In this document: positions 47,708-58,784 of the stretch, one piece after another
Numbering within the stretch: position 1 is the first letter of the stretch
Layout of the letters: each line of letters opens with the position of its first letter
Assembly (NCBI GenBank): GCA_943372295.1
Contig: CALRYC010000004.1
Span: forward strand, 71,811 to 135,810
Direction of reading: 5' to 3'
DNA length: 64,000 nucleotides
DNA from: Chitinophaga pinensis
GTDB lineage: Bacteria > Bacteroidota > Ignavibacteria > Kapaibacteriales > Kapaibacteriaceae
The notes under the pieces: generated by a model
Database searches by the model: none
Seen by the model: the letters and a program-made list of their open reading frames with translations, nothing else
What the model was told of the DNA's origin: nothing
Made by a program: the position numbers and the translations under genes

Positions 47708-48395
47708 CTGGGTTCACCGTGTCGGATTCTATGCGACCGTCTCGTAATCGGATGATGCGCCGTGCGTGGCGTGCAACATCCTCTTCGTGTGTAACGAGGA
47801 TCACCGTATTGCCGGCCTCCCAAAGGTGCCGGAACAGTGCCATGATATCTTGTCCGGTCTTCGTATCCAGATTACCCGTCGGCTCATCAGCAAGAATGAT
47901 GGAAGGGGCTGTGACGATCGCCCGAGCAATGGCCACGCGCTGACGCTGTCCGCCCGAGAGCTCGTTGGGCCTGTGCGTCATGCGATCGGTTAGGCTTACC
48001 TGTTCGAGAGCGCGTTTCGCACGGTCGAAACGATCTGCTTTGCTGACACCGCTATAGACAAGTGGCAGTTCCACATTCTGCAGAGCCGTTGCCCGGGGCA
48101 GGAGATTGAATGTCTGAAACACAAATCCGATCTCCCGATTGCGAATCTCGGCCAGATCATCATCGGTCATTTCGCGCACGTCTTCGCCGTTGAAGTAGTA
48201 TGTGCCGGTGGTGGGCGTATCAAGGCACCCCAGCATGTTCATCAACGTCGACTTTCCGGAACCACTTGGCCCCATGATCGCTACGTACTCGTTCGACCCG
48301 ATCGTCAGCGACACGTCACGAAGAGCATAGACCTCCTCACCGCCCATTTCATAGAGCTTTACAAGGTTCGAGATCTCGATGATGGGGCGACTCAT
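47700..48395 (-). CDS. ABC ATP-binding protein (LolD/MacB type)
   Basis: [27 protein letters not shown]. Confidence 0.95.
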   Translation of the reverse strand: MSRPIIEISNLVKLYEMGGEEVYALRDVSLTIGSNEYVAIMGPSGSGKSTLMNMLGCLDTPTTGTYYFNGEDVREMTDDDLAEIRNREIGFVFQTFNLLPRATALQNVELPLVYSGVSKADRFDRAKRALEQVSLTDRMTHRPNELSGGQRQRVAIARAIVTAPSIILADEPTGNLDTKTGQDIMALFRHLWEAGNTVILVTHEEDVARHARRIIRLRDGRIESDTVNPDA

Positions 48396-49690
48396 TGACC
48401 CTGCCTCATCGTGCGGTAGCGCTCACGTCGTGCCGCGGGATCTTCCACGGTGACCTTGGAACCCGGCGTCAGGAGCTTGCTGATGGCCTCGTATGGGCTG
48501 CTCACGACGCGATCACCGACTTTCAGTCCGTTGGTGACCTCAATGTATCCTTCGTCGCTTATGCCGGTGGTGACAGGGCGCGCAGCGACCGTACCTCCAC
48601 TGACCACCCAGACGATGCTCTGCGGTCGCTTGGACTTTACTGCGGCCGACTTACGATCTGTCTTCCGGAAGTTGTCTTCTGCCGGAGCCGCCGTCGTGGC
48701 ATCCTGCTGCATGGTTACCGATTGAATCGGTACGGCCATTACGTTCGTCTTTGTCTCCGTTTCGATGTCAACCGAGCAGGACATCCCCGGACGCATGCGA
48801 TGCTCCGGGTCGATGATGCGGATGCGTACCTGGAAGTTCACGACTTCTTCCTGTGTGCCCTGAGCCGAGACAAGGGGCGAGTGGGAGATCTCATATACTA
48901 GGCCGCGAAGCTCGACGTTCGGGAGTGCGTCGACCTTGATGCGCGCCGTATCGCCGATATGGATCTGCGCAACGTCATTCTCGTCAACCTGCACCCAGGC
49001 GTTCATCGTCGACAAATCGGCAATGCGCAGGATCTCTGTACCCTGCATCTGGGCCGTGCCGACAACCTTTTCGCCGAGTTCGACGCCGAGGTACGTGACA
49101 ATGCCGGACATCGGTGCGGTGATGGTCGTGCGTTCTACGTTCACCTGAGTTTCTCGCAACGCCCCCTTGGCACGCTCAAAATCGGCCTGCGTCTGCGCAA
49201 GTCGTCCGGCAGCCGTCTGAAACGCCGCGCTTGTGCGGTCAAAATCCTCCCGCGACGAGAACTGCTTCTTGTACAGCTCGGTGATGCGCTTGAGGTCGGC
49301 CTCCGAACGGTCATATTCCGCCTTTGCCATGGTAATTGCCATGCGGGAGGCCTCGGCCGCCGCACGCGTCTGCACGAGCATCGATTGCATCATGTCAGGC
49401 CGAATCCGGATAAGAACCTGGCCATTCCTGACGGTATCGCCGTCACGAACGCCGAGGTAGACGATCTCGCCGCTGGCCTCGGAAGACATCTTGACCATGA
49501 CCTCAGGCTGCAGCTTGCCGATGGCGCTGACGCTCTGCGTGATCGTGCGCGTGGCAACCGGTTCGACACTGACAAGCATCGGCGCTTCTGCGCGGTTGGA
49601 GATCACCCACATCATCGTGCCGATAAAGGCCAGCAGAACGATGATGATCACGATAAGTAGACGTCTGCGGGATTTCTTGGCCATAGTCAT
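48392..49690 (-). CDS. Efflux periplasmic adaptor (MacA-like)
   Basis: [20 protein letters not shown]. Confidence 0.92.
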   Translation of the reverse strand: MTMAKKSRRRLLIVIIIVLLAFIGTMMWVISNRAEAPMLVSVEPVATRTITQSVSAIGKLQPEVMVKMSSEASGEIVYLGVRDGDTVRNGQVLIRIRPDMMQSMLVQTRAAAEASRMAITMAKAEYDRSEADLKRITELYKKQFSSREDFDRTSAAFQTAAGRLAQTQADFERAKGALRETQVNVERTTITAPMSGIVTYLGVELGEKVVGTAQMQGTEILRIADLSTMNAWVQVDENDVAQIHIGDTARIKVDALPNVELRGLVYEISHSPLVSAQGTQEEVVNFQVRIRIIDPEHRMRPGMSCSVDIETETKTNVMAVPIQSVTMQQDATTAAPAEDNFRKTDRKSAAVKSKRPQSIVWVVSGGTVAARPVTTGISDEGYIEVTNGLKVGDRVVSSPYEAISKLLTPGSKVTVEDPAARRERYRTMRQGQ

Positions 49691-51054
49691 TTACCTCCTG
49701 ACGTGCCGGTTGCAAACTCGACGGCTGCAACGGCGGAATGATAGGCGTACACGGATGTTACGCGGTTGATCTGTGCCGTGATGAGCTGGTTGTTAGCGTT
49801 CTGCGTTTCGATGAGTGTTGCCGCACCCGCATTGAACCGGTCGCGGGCGGCATTGGCGTTGTTGGTCGCGAACTTTACGGCCCGCGCAGAGATCTCAACG
49901 CCTCGCTCTGCGAGCTCCAGCTGCGCAAATGCATTGCGCAAATCGGTGCGGATCTGGTTTCGCACGCGCTCGGTCTCGAGCTCGTTCTGCGCGCGGGCAA
50001 GCTCGGCATCAGCCACGCGCGCCTGCGTCACAAATCGGTCGAAGAGGGGAACCTGAATGAAGAGTCCGGCATAGACCTGACCCTGACGATCGAAGTCGGC
50101 GATCACGAAGTTTCTCCAAGTATAACCACCCGATGCCGAGATCGTTGGATAGTATCCCGAGCGAGCGCCAATGATCCCTTCGGCTGCGGCACGCGTGCGC
50201 TCGATGGCTGACTGAAGATCGGCGCGGCGTGGCATGGCGGCCTCAGCCAGGTCCGACTCAGAGCCCAGCTTCCGGCGGAAGCCGGCAATCTCCGACTCCG
50301 TCACATCTGATGGGACGGACGATTCGTCAATGTCGATCTCCTGCATAGCATCAACATTCATCACGTTCAGAAGCTGCGCGCGTCCGGCGATGACGTCGTT
50401 CTCGGCCTGCACGAGGGCAACATCAATGTTGCCGAGCTCCGTCTCCTGCGAGGAAACGTCCTGCGAGCGTCCAACACCCACGTCAAAGAGGGCCGTGACA
50501 CGTTCGAGTGTGACGGCTGCCATCGCCCTGCTCTCTCGTCGAGCCATGAGAATCTGCTTCCGTCGCAGCAGCTCGATATATGCCCGCGTGATGTTGAACC
50601 GTGATGTGATCCGGCCGAACGTGATATCACTGGCGGTTGCATTCATCGTCAGCTTTGCCGCGTCGAAGTCCGCCTCCCTCTGAAAGCCGTTGAACAGTGT
50701 CATGTTCATCTGCCCATTCAGACCATAGGTGTTGGGAAGGGGCTGGCCGGTGATCGGCACACCGTTTACGATGGAGAACTGCGGACGGAGGTTTGTCAGC
50801 TGACGATTGTAGTTGGCATTAACGTCAACGGAAGGTAGATAAGCGCCGAAGGCGGCCGTTAGACGCGAGGCAGCTTGACTTGCCGATGCCTGGGCGCGGC
50901 GCACATCGATGCTTCGCTCAAGGCCGATGGCGATGCATTCTTCAAGCGTCAGCCGACGACCAGTGAGCATTTCCTGACCTGCGCCCCGCACTGCAAGTGA
51001 CAGCAAGGATGCGGCTAAAAAGAGAATTCGAACGGCAGAATGGGAATGTTTCAT
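49687..51054 (-). CDS. TolC-family outer membrane factor
   Basis: LTLEECI, YLPSV, YYPTIS, RFNAGAAT; heads the exporter operon. Confidence 0.9.
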   Translation of the reverse strand: MKHSHSAVRILFLAASLLSLAVRGAGQEMLTGRRLTLEECIAIGLERSIDVRRAQASASQAASRLTAAFGAYLPSVDVNANYNRQLTNLRPQFSIVNGVPITGQPLPNTYGLNGQMNMTLFNGFQREADFDAAKLTMNATASDITFGRITSRFNITRAYIELLRRKQILMARRESRAMAAVTLERVTALFDVGVGRSQDVSSQETELGNIDVALVQAENDVIAGRAQLLNVMNVDAMQEIDIDESSVPSDVTESEIAGFRRKLGSESDLAEAAMPRRADLQSAIERTRAAAEGIIGARSGYYPTISASGGYTWRNFVIADFDRQGQVYAGLFIQVPLFDRFVTQARVADAELARAQNELETERVRNQIRTDLRNAFAQLELAERGVEISARAVKFATNNANAARDRFNAGAATLIETQNANNQLITAQINRVTSVYAYHSAVAAVEFATGTSGGK

Positions 51055-51126
51055 GGGCAGACCAATGTGATCAAGGCGAACACGACGGTTTTGACACGGG
51101 AAAGGGATTAGGGTTTCGTCTCCCGG

Positions 51127-52089
51127 TCAGCGATTGCTTGGTCGCGCGCTCTTTTTCTTCTTGAGTGCGGGCGTGCCTGCCGGATGGGTGCTCGTGGCAA
51201 GGCGCCAGCGCCGCGCAGGATCCGGCGAGCGGAGCTCCAGCAGACTCATCGTCGAGGTGACGTGATGACGTCCTTCGGTGTTGCGGGACTGACCCGATTG
51301 GAGCTTGAAACGCACTTGTTGGACTACCGAACTCGAAAGTGGTATTCCCAGCCCCCTGTCCATCACAAGCCGACCATATTCGGCGATCGAGCCGCTTGTG
51401 GTAACGTTCAGGGAGGTATCGGGCACGTCCACGCCGCCGAATGCGGTTAGTGTGTAATGGATCCATGATGCCTTGCGTCCGAGCGTGTCAAGCAGATCAC
51501 CTACGCGCCACAACGCCTGCTGGCGGATCTCGGGAACCGGAATGCCGTTCTCCGGAACGATGATCGTATCGGTCGAGATCCAGCTCTGTTGCTGGCGTCC
51601 GCACGACGTGTCGATGATCGGCAATCGAAGCGCCTGGAAGAGGCCGCCCGGACCGGCCATGGCCCGCGAAGCGTCATCGATGCGTGCCGAGAGACGCCTG
51701 CCGAGACTATCGATGCTCAGCCGCATGACCCTGCGCATCCATGGGTGCGATGTCCGCTCTGATGAGTCGGATCCACTTCGCTGACGTTCACGGAATGCTT
51801 CGATGCGAAGCGTCAGGTGATAGACTTCGTCGCTAACCGAGTCACAGACGATGCGAAGACCTTCAATGCGCCATTTCTCAATTGGATCAAAACCAGGAAC
51901 AGTGATGCTGTCGCGCGATTCGATCCGGTACAGCAGCGTATCTGCAGCGGCAAAACGGTAGCGGTAGCAGATCGTGTCCTTACCCAGGATGATCGGCTTG
52001 CCACCCGGGCGAATCTGCATCTGCCCCTTAAGGCCGATGAGCGCGCTCACCAGCAGGATCAGCACAAGAACGAAGCGTTGGATGGTCAT
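51127..52089 (-). CDS. Hypothetical secreted protein
   Basis: Signal-like N-terminus, 320 aa, coupled to its neighbour. Confidence 0.65.
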   Translation of the reverse strand: MTIQRFVLVLILLVSALIGLKGQMQIRPGGKPIILGKDTICYRYRFAAADTLLYRIESRDSITVPGFDPIEKWRIEGLRIVCDSVSDEVYHLTLRIEAFRERQRSGSDSSERTSHPWMRRVMRLSIDSLGRRLSARIDDASRAMAGPGGLFQALRLPIIDTSCGRQQQSWISTDTIIVPENGIPVPEIRQQALWRVGDLLDTLGRKASWIHYTLTAFGGVDVPDTSLNVTTSGSIAEYGRLVMDRGLGIPLSSSVVQQVRFKLQSGQSRNTEGRHHVTSTMSLLELRSPDPARRWRLATSTHPAGTPALKKKKSARPSNR

Positions 52090-52964
52090 CAGCGCCTTGG
52101 CCGTTGCATTACAACAACACGCATGCGGGCATTGCTCGGCACAGCCAGTTCTTCGGGGCCTCCGGATGCTCTGAGAGTCATCGAGTTGTGGAGCTCCACT
52201 TCGCTGCGCACCGGTAGGCCGGTACGCGAATCGATCAGCGCTCGGGTCTTCATGGTTCCATCGCCGGAGACATCGATGTCCATTCCGGAGACGGCCAGTG
52301 CACCCCGAATCCTCATGGAAGAAGATTCGCCCTCGATCACCCAGCAGATGAAGCCAAGAGAGTCGATGATCGACAAAAAGCGTTCTTCGAGCTCAATCGT
52401 TGTAACAATCGAACCTTCACCCTGCGGGGCCGGCATCGTGTCGATCATCTCCGAGATCCACCGGTCACCGGGTCGCACACGCTCCTTCGGAAACTGCATC
52501 ACAATGCGGTCGAACACGCGCATGCCATTTAGAATGGCAAGGTCTCCTTCGTCATTTCTATCCGAGAAGTTCAGCACCCTACCGGTTGGATCGCAGGTGA
52601 CGGTGACGGACAGCTCCTTGCCATCGTTGCTGCGCAGCGCTGAATCCATGATCGGCATGCGCTCATCCCGACGGGTACTGGTGCGAAGGCCGCCATTCTC
52701 AGAGGCAAACCGTAAGGTGCTGCGTCCGAGGGTGACGTCGGTGACCGAGATCGACAGATCGATCTCACTGCGAACGGCATTTGTTGCCGACCCACCACCG
52801 GCCTCTACGTCCTGCTCAAGCGTTGAACTGATCGAATATCGGTAGGTGGAATTCGGCTTCAACGACAGGCGCATCAGTACATCATCGTCCTGCACCCTGG
52901 CCTGGAAGGCAAGCAGAGGGCCTGCGCAGACGAGGGAAAGGATGGTGGGGATGAGTACTGGCAC
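52089..52964 (-). CDS. Hypothetical secreted protein
   Basis: Signal-like N-terminus, FPKERVRPGDRW motif. Confidence 0.65.
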   Translation of the reverse strand: MPVLIPTILSLVCAGPLLAFQARVQDDDVLMRLSLKPNSTYRYSISSTLEQDVEAGGGSATNAVRSEIDLSISVTDVTLGRSTLRFASENGGLRTSTRRDERMPIMDSALRSNDGKELSVTVTCDPTGRVLNFSDRNDEGDLAILNGMRVFDRIVMQFPKERVRPGDRWISEMIDTMPAPQGEGSIVTTIELEERFLSIIDSLGFICWVIEGESSSMRIRGALAVSGMDIDVSGDGTMKTRALIDSRTGLPVRSEVELHNSMTLRASGGPEELAVPSNARMRVVVMQRPRR

Positions 52965-52976
52965 AGATGATCGCTC

Positions 52977-54809
52977 CTAAGATGCGGCTTCGCGTTTCTT
53001 CGCTCGTTGACGCATCGTGGTGTCGAGAATTTTCTTTCTCAGTCGAACCGATACCGGTGTGCACTCCAGAAGCTCGTCATCCTCAAGGAACTCAATGCAC
53101 TGCTCCAGGGAGAGCTGGCGCGGGGCTTCCAGGCGGACAAGTCCGTCGGAACCGCTCGAGCGCATGTTGGTCAGATGCTTCATGCGGCATGCGTTAACGC
53201 TGAGGTCTTCTTCACGGGCGTTCTCGCCGATGATCATGCCTTCATAGACCGGCTGTCCGGGTTCGATAAAGAGCACGCCGCGCTCCTGCACCATTTCCAG
53301 GGCATAGGCCGTTGACTGTCCGGTCTCCATCGACACCAGAGCGCCACGAAGACGTCCGGCAATAGCTCCCTTGTAGTGCTGGTAAGAGTCAAACGTATGG
53401 TGGATGATGCCCTGCCCGCGAGTTGACGTCAGAAACTCCGTTCGGAAGCCGATAAGCCCCCTGGCAGGAACCAGAAACTCGCAACGCACGCTGTCGTTGC
53501 TTGGCGTCATGGCGGTCATTTCACCTTTCCGTCGACCCAGACTTTCGATCACCGTGCCGACGTGATCCTGCGGAACATCGACGGTGACGTGTTCGATCGG
53601 CTCGAGCATTTTGCCGTCCGCATCGCGGCGGAAGAGTACCTCAGGACGCGATGCAGCAAACTCAAAACCTTCTCGGCGCATGGTCTCGATGAGAATGGCC
53701 AGCTGGAGTTCGCCCCGACCCGATACCTTGAAGACGTCCGGCGAGTCAGTGTCTTCCACACGCAGAGAAACGTTGTTGCGCAGCTCCCGGTAGAGACGTT
53801 CACGGATCTTTGGCGTAGTGACGAACTTTCCTTCGCGTCCGGCAAGGGGCGAGGTGTTGACCATGAAATACATGGCAATGGTCGGCTCTTCGATATTCAC
53901 ATACGACAGCGGCTCCGTGCGGGAGCTGTGCGCGATCGTCTCGCCGATATAGACGTTCTCAAAGCCCGAGAGCGCGATGATCTCTCCGGCCGCAGCTGTT
54001 GGCGTTTCGTTGCGAGCAATTCCCTCATGGACATACATCTTCGTGATGCGTGAAGACTCACGTGCGCCATCAGGCTTGATGAGGTTTACATTGTCGCCAA
54101 CGCTCACGGAGCCTTCGATGATCCGCCCGATGGCGATCCGACCAACGTAATCGGACCAGTCAAGGGCTGAGATGACCATGGCAAAGGCCGTATCGACATC
54201 AACCGCCGGAGGCGGGATGTGCTTGATGACAGCGTCAAAGAGTGCCTCGAGTGAATCTGCCTCTTCTGCTAGAGAGTTCTTGGCAATACCCAGCTTGCCG
54301 ATCGCATACACGATCGGGAAATCCAGCTGGTCATAGGTTGCACCGAGATTGATGAACAGCTCCATCACCTCATCAAGCACTTCCTTTGGGCGTGCATCGC
54401 CGCGGTCGATCTTATTGATCACCACAATCGGCTTGATGCCCATGTCGAGAGCTTTGCGAAGCACGAAGCGCGTCTGCGGCAGGGGGCCCTCGGCTGCATC
54501 CACAAGGAGCAGAACACCATCAACCATCGACAGAACGCGTTCAACCTCGCCACCAAAATCGGAGTGGCCCGGCGTGTCGACGATGTTGATCTTGACGTCC
54601 TTCCACCGCACGGCGGCGTTCTTGGCCATGATCGTGATGCCGCGCTCGCGCTCAAGGTCGTTTGAATCCATCACCCGGTCGGCTACGACCTGGTTCTCCC
54701 GGAACATCCCGCTTTGCCGCAGCATGTGGTCTACCAGGGTGGTTTTGCCATGGTCAACGTGGGCAATGATGGCGATGTTGCGGAAATCTGAGCGCTGCTG
54801 AAGGGCCAT
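52977..54809 (-). CDS. typA: Translational GTPase TypA/BipA
   Basis: [40 protein letters not shown]. Confidence 0.97.
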   Translation of the reverse strand: MALQQRSDFRNIAIIAHVDHGKTTLVDHMLRQSGMFRENQVVADRVMDSNDLERERGITIMAKNAAVRWKDVKINIVDTPGHSDFGGEVERVLSMVDGVLLLVDAAEGPLPQTRFVLRKALDMGIKPIVVINKIDRGDARPKEVLDEVMELFINLGATYDQLDFPIVYAIGKLGIAKNSLAEEADSLEALFDAVIKHIPPPAVDVDTAFAMVISALDWSDYVGRIAIGRIIEGSVSVGDNVNLIKPDGARESSRITKMYVHEGIARNETPTAAAGEIIALSGFENVYIGETIAHSSRTEPLSYVNIEEPTIAMYFMVNTSPLAGREGKFVTTPKIRERLYRELRNNVSLRVEDTDSPDVFKVSGRGELQLAILIETMRREGFEFAASRPEVLFRRDADGKMLEPIEHVTVDVPQDHVGTVIESLGRRKGEMTAMTPSNDSVRCEFLVPARGLIGFRTEFLTSTRGQGIIHHTFDSYQHYKGAIAGRLRGALVSMETGQSTAYALEMVQERGVLFIEPGQPVYEGMIIGENAREEDLSVNACRMKHLTNMRSSGSDGLVRLEAPRQLSLEQCIEFLEDDELLECTPVSVRLRKKILDTTMRQRAKKREAAS

Positions 54810-54857
54810 GAAGCGGTTTCTTGGATTTTGGATAGCTACAAAGCTACGCAGTAATCG

Positions 54858-55020
54858 GGTTTGAGGTGTGCGGTGTGAGGTGTGAGGTTGGATCCGTAAG
54901 GGCGTGCCGATGTGCTCGTACCGGACGGTCAATCCTGCGAAAGCTGGAATTCAGATTCTATCCCTGCTTTCACGGGATTGACGTTCACACCTCACACCTC
55001 ACACCTCACACCTGAAACCT
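54858..55020. repeat. REP/MITE-like palindrome enclosed by inverted heptamer arrays
   Basis: (GGTGTGA)n - GTCAATCCTGCGAAAGC...GCTTTCACGGGATTGAC (54928-54982) - (TCACACC)n. Confidence 0.85.
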
Positions 55021-55555
55021 AGAAATAATTCGATTCATCTCTCCAGCGCACGATCTTCCAGGGGTCGGAGATGGTGGGGCGTTCGACGAGGAGGTTCACA
55101 CGACCCTGTGCGCGGAGGATATCGGCGGGGTTGAACGTGATGGTGAGGTTGAAGCCTCGGGAGATATTCTTCGTAAGGCTGTCTCCGTCGGCAACGACGA
55201 CGTCGTTCCAAACAAGGTCGAGCTGCTGGGCGGCCATGAAAAGACCGTTGGTGGCAAGCATGTCTTCGTCTCGGCCCCAAGTGACATCGACGCCCTGGTC
55301 GTAGTTGCGGTAGACGAAGGTGAAGTTGCGTGCCAGCAGTCTTCCGTACGTAAGTGTATCGCGGAACAGATATGCATAGCGAAAGTTCTGGAACAGCCCT
55401 TCGATCGTGCGCTGGTCTCCCAGAACGTTATCGCCCCCTGACTCGTCGAGAGAGGGGGCGAAGGGATTTACGCAGGATGAACCGACGACGATCAGCCCCG
55501 TCATCACGATGGCCACGATCGCCGACCGTGACGTGGATGAAAGACGCCGCATCAT
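55019..55555 (-). CDS. Lipoprotein of unknown function
   Basis: GSSC lipobox, CVNPFAP, WKIVRWRDE. Confidence 0.75.
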   Translation of the reverse strand: MMRRLSSTSRSAIVAIVMTGLIVVGSSCVNPFAPSLDESGGDNVLGDQRTIEGLFQNFRYAYLFRDTLTYGRLLARNFTFVYRNYDQGVDVTWGRDEDMLATNGLFMAAQQLDLVWNDVVVADGDSLTKNISRGFNLTITFNPADILRAQGRVNLLVERPTISDPWKIVRWRDESNYF

Positions 55556-55579
55556 TGGTGTACGGACTTGATGGCCGAA

Positions 55580-55918
55580 TTAGAACAGTCGCAGGCCGAG
55601 GAACATCAGGATGCTGGTGAAGAAGGCGATGCCACCAGCCCAGCCGAGGATCGCGGCTCCCGAAGGACGGCGCACGCTTGTGCCAAGTGCGCCGAAGAAC
55701 ATGCCGAGCAATCCCGTGATGATCCCGCCCACCACATCGTGCCATCCCATGGCGCGCTGCAGGCTGACGGCAACGAGCACCACAAGCACGCCAACGGCAA
55801 TGCCCATGAGTCGCGTTGGAAGCGTGTCGTTCACATGATCAGGCTCGTGTCCGTGATCGTGTCCGTGATCGTGTCCGTGTGTTGCGTCGTGTGACATGGT
55901 CGTACTCCGATAGGTCAT
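55580..55918 (-). CDS. Small membrane protein with His-rich N-terminus
   Basis: HDATHGHDHGHDHGHEPDH followed by three TM segments. Confidence 0.7.
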   Translation of the reverse strand: MTYRSTTMSHDATHGHDHGHDHGHEPDHVNDTLPTRLMGIAVGVLVVLVAVSLQRAMGWHDVVGGIITGLLGMFFGALGTSVRRPSGAAILGWAGGIAFFTSILMFLGLRLF

Positions 55919-56048
55919 CTTAACCGTGTAGTACTGCGAAGATAGTCACCAGAAATGCAATTCATGTGACTCTTGCCGAAGACATCTCGCGTCAGGACAC
56001 GCATGGTAGATAGCGCATCGAAAGGGGCACATCTTCATAGCCGTTGGG

Positions 56049-56636
56049 TCAGTTAGAGAGCTGACCTTTCAGGAGCGACCAGGTTGACTCGACGGTATCA
56101 CCTGGTCGCTTGGCGTCGCGCCAGCGTGAGATGCTCCAAAGCCCGCTCTTCTCCGGTGTCACCGTCAGTGCCATTGTCCCGGTGAGCAGCGAAGGCAGTA
56201 CCGTGATGTTCAGGCGCACCGTCAGCTCATAGTCGCTTACCCATACGAGTGAGTCGGGCGATGAAAAGGCAACCTGAGCATTGGAAAAGACCAACGTCGG
56301 ACGCTGGTCGACAGGCAGCCGGCTGATCATGCTCAGAAAGTTCTGCCGTTCCCGGTCGATGCTCCAGGACGCGAACACGGCCTGATAGCGCGCGCCGACC
56401 TCGGCGGAGGGCTCAAAGGCATAGGTAGCACTGCTGCGTGAAGGATCGGAAAGACAGAGCGTGAAGTTCTGAGTGTTCTTTTCGATGACCGCATTACGAA
56501 GATTGTCGACAACGATCAAGGGGCTGGTCGGCGGCTCATACGTGCCACGATCGCCCGAGGGTTCTTCCGGTGTGCGTGTTGCGCAGCCCCCTAGCACGAC
56601 GAGCATCAGCGTGAGCAGCAACGTCGTGCGTTTCAT
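56049..56636 (-). CDS. Lipoprotein, distant paralog of 55019-55555
   Basis: LGGC lipobox, WSISRWRD. Confidence 0.75.
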   Translation of the reverse strand: MKRTTLLLTLMLVVLGGCATRTPEEPSGDRGTYEPPTSPLIVVDNLRNAVIEKNTQNFTLCLSDPSRSSATYAFEPSAEVGARYQAVFASWSIDRERQNFLSMISRLPVDQRPTLVFSNAQVAFSSPDSLVWVSDYELTVRLNITVLPSLLTGTMALTVTPEKSGLWSISRWRDAKRPGDTVESTWSLLKGQLSN

Positions 56637-57397
56637 GAAGAGACCTTCTCGGCGATGAGGATCACCCGTTCGGACTTGTCCGGCTCGAACGGCTCACCCT
56701 GATACGAACCAAAGGCCCGCACAACGCGCAGTCCGCTCTCATGCATCATGCTGCGCAGGTCTTCCGGTGAGTACATCCACACGCGCTCTTCGAACGTATA
56801 CTCGGCCGAGCACGGATCGTTGATGGTGATCCTCTTATGCACGTAGGGTTCTTCGATCCAACGCTCCTGGATGACGCTGGTCTGCCCGATCATGGTCATC
56901 GACTCGGGAACGAGCGTTCGACGCAGCCTGTCGGCGTTAAAGAAGTCTATCACAAAACGCCCATCAGACGCCAGGTGATCATGCACGGCCCTGAGCGCGG
57001 CCAGATGTTCTTCGTGCCGGTCGAAGTATCCGAAACTCGTAAACAGGTTGGCAATCAGAGCATATGATGCTGACGGGTATGGGCCGCGGATATCGCCCAC
57101 GACGTAACGTGCGTTCTCATGCGCATTGTAGGTGCGGGCATGTTCGATCAGATAGGTCGAATAGTCGAGTCCGGTGGTCATGTAGCCCCGTTCGGCAAGG
57201 GCAACCGTATGGCGTCCAAAGCCGCAGCACAGGTCTAGGATCTGAGAGCCGTGCGGAATGTGCAGGGTGTGGTCGATCAGTTGCACCACCAGACGCGCTT
57301 CCTCATCTCCGCGATGACGGTACAGTTCCATGTACCATGGTGATTCGAACCATGTGGCATACCACGGGGTTGCGGAAGTTCCTGCTGGTGAGGTCAT
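56633..57397 (-). CDS. Class I SAM-dependent methyltransferase
   Basis: ILDLCCGFGRH, NLFTSFGYF. Confidence 0.92.
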   Translation of the reverse strand: MTSPAGTSATPWYATWFESPWYMELYRHRGDEEARLVVQLIDHTLHIPHGSQILDLCCGFGRHTVALAERGYMTTGLDYSTYLIEHARTYNAHENARYVVGDIRGPYPSASYALIANLFTSFGYFDRHEEHLAALRAVHDHLASDGRFVIDFFNADRLRRTLVPESMTMIGQTSVIQERWIEEPYVHKRITINDPCSAEYTFEERVWMYSPEDLRSMMHESGLRVVRAFGSYQGEPFEPDKSERVILIAEKVSS

Positions 57398-57987
57398 ACC
57401 GGCGTGCGCCCTTCGAATGCACGGGCCAGCGTGGCGTCATCGGCAAACTCAAGGTCCGATCCCATCGGCACGCCACGTGCAATGCGCGTGACGCGAATGG
57501 AAAGGGGCGATGCAAGCTTGGCAATGTACTGAGTTGTGACTTCGCCTTCGATGGTCGGGTTCAATGCGAGAATGACCTCCTCGACCGCGGCGCCGAGGCG
57601 GGCAATGAGCTCCTTCAGGCGCAGGTCCTCCGGACCTATTCCGTCGAGTGGGCTCAGCGTCCCGTGCAACACATGATAGCGTCCACGAAAGTCTCCCGTG
57701 CGCTCGATAGCCATAACGTCCGAGGGCTGCTCGACGACGCAGATGACCGACGGCGAGCGCTTTTCTGAGGCGCAGATGCCGCACAGCTCCGTGTCGGTGA
57801 ACGTGTGGCACTGCGCACACTCGCGCACGCGTGAGCGCATTTCCACAAGGGCAGCGGCGAAATTCTCGACGTCGTTCGCAGACTGGCGCAGAAGATGAAA
57901 GGCCAGCCGGCGGGCCGTCTTCTTACCGATGGTGGGGAGGGAGGCGAAGAGTTCGACGACGCGTTCGATCGATTCTGACGGGAGCAT
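57394..57987 (-). CDS. recR: Recombination mediator RecR
   Basis: LPTIGKKTARRLAF, C4 zinc finger, YHVLHG, GSDLEFAD. Confidence 0.96.
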   Translation of the reverse strand: MLPSESIERVVELFASLPTIGKKTARRLAFHLLRQSANDVENFAAALVEMRSRVRECAQCHTFTDTELCGICASEKRSPSVICVVEQPSDVMAIERTGDFRGRYHVLHGTLSPLDGIGPEDLRLKELIARLGAAVEEVILALNPTIEGEVTTQYIAKLASPLSIRVTRIARGVPMGSDLEFADDATLARAFEGRTPV

Positions 57988-58100
57988 AACGCAAAAATAC
58001 CAACGGGTCAGCCCCCTGACTGCCGTAATTTCGCGAAACAAAACGCGGCGTCGACCGTCCGAACGCCCCGAACAACAGCTGACTCACGCTAGGACTTCTC

Positions 58101-58784
58101 ATGGGAATCTTTTCTCGTATCGCCGACCTGTTCCGTGCAGGTGCAAATGACGCTCTGGACCGTGCCGAGGATCCGGAGAAGATGCTCAAGCAGGCCGTGC
58201 TGGACATGGAGGAATCGGTCAACAAGACGACGCTCGCCGTTGCCAATGCGATCGCCAATGAGCGCAGCCTCGAAAAGCGTATAACCGCGCAAAAGGCTGA
58301 AAGCGCAAGCTGGCAGGAGAAGGCCATGCAGGCGCTCAATGCCGGACGTGAAGATCTGGCCCGCGCGGCGCTGGAGAAGAAGGCAATAGCCGACAAAAAC
58401 GTGGCCGAACTGATGCCGACGCATGAGCAGGCGCGGGTAACCACGGCCAAGATCCGCGAGCAGCTCGACGGCATCAAACGTAAGCTCGATGAAGCGCGCT
58501 CACGTCAGAGCACGCTCATTGCCCGCTCCCAGGCAGCCAAGGCCCAGGCGCAGATCGCCAAGTCCGCAGCAGGAATCGGACAGGATGCGTTCGGTAAGTT
58601 CGACAAGTACGAGGCCAAGATCGAGAAGCTCGAAGCAGAAGCATCGGCCTTTGAGCAGCTTGCCGGTGAGAACACGCAGCTCGATGAAGAATTCCGCAAA
58701 CTCTCATCTTCGGGCAAGGTTGATCAGGATCTGCTCGAGCTCAAGCGTCAGATGGGACTTCTGGAGCCCCCGAAAGAGGGTTGA
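58101..58784 (+). CDS. pspA: PspA/IM30 family protein
   Basis: MGIFSRI..AEDPEKML..GREDLARAAL coiled coil. Confidence 0.9.
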   Translation: MGIFSRIADLFRAGANDALDRAEDPEKMLKQAVLDMEESVNKTTLAVANAIANERSLEKRITAQKAESASWQEKAMQALNAGREDLARAALEKKAIADKNVAELMPTHEQARVTTAKIREQLDGIKRKLDEARSRQSTLIARSQAAKAQAQIAKSAAGIGQDAFGKFDKYEAKIEKLEAEASAFEQLAGENTQLDEEFRKLSSSGKVDQDLLELKRQMGLLEPPKEG

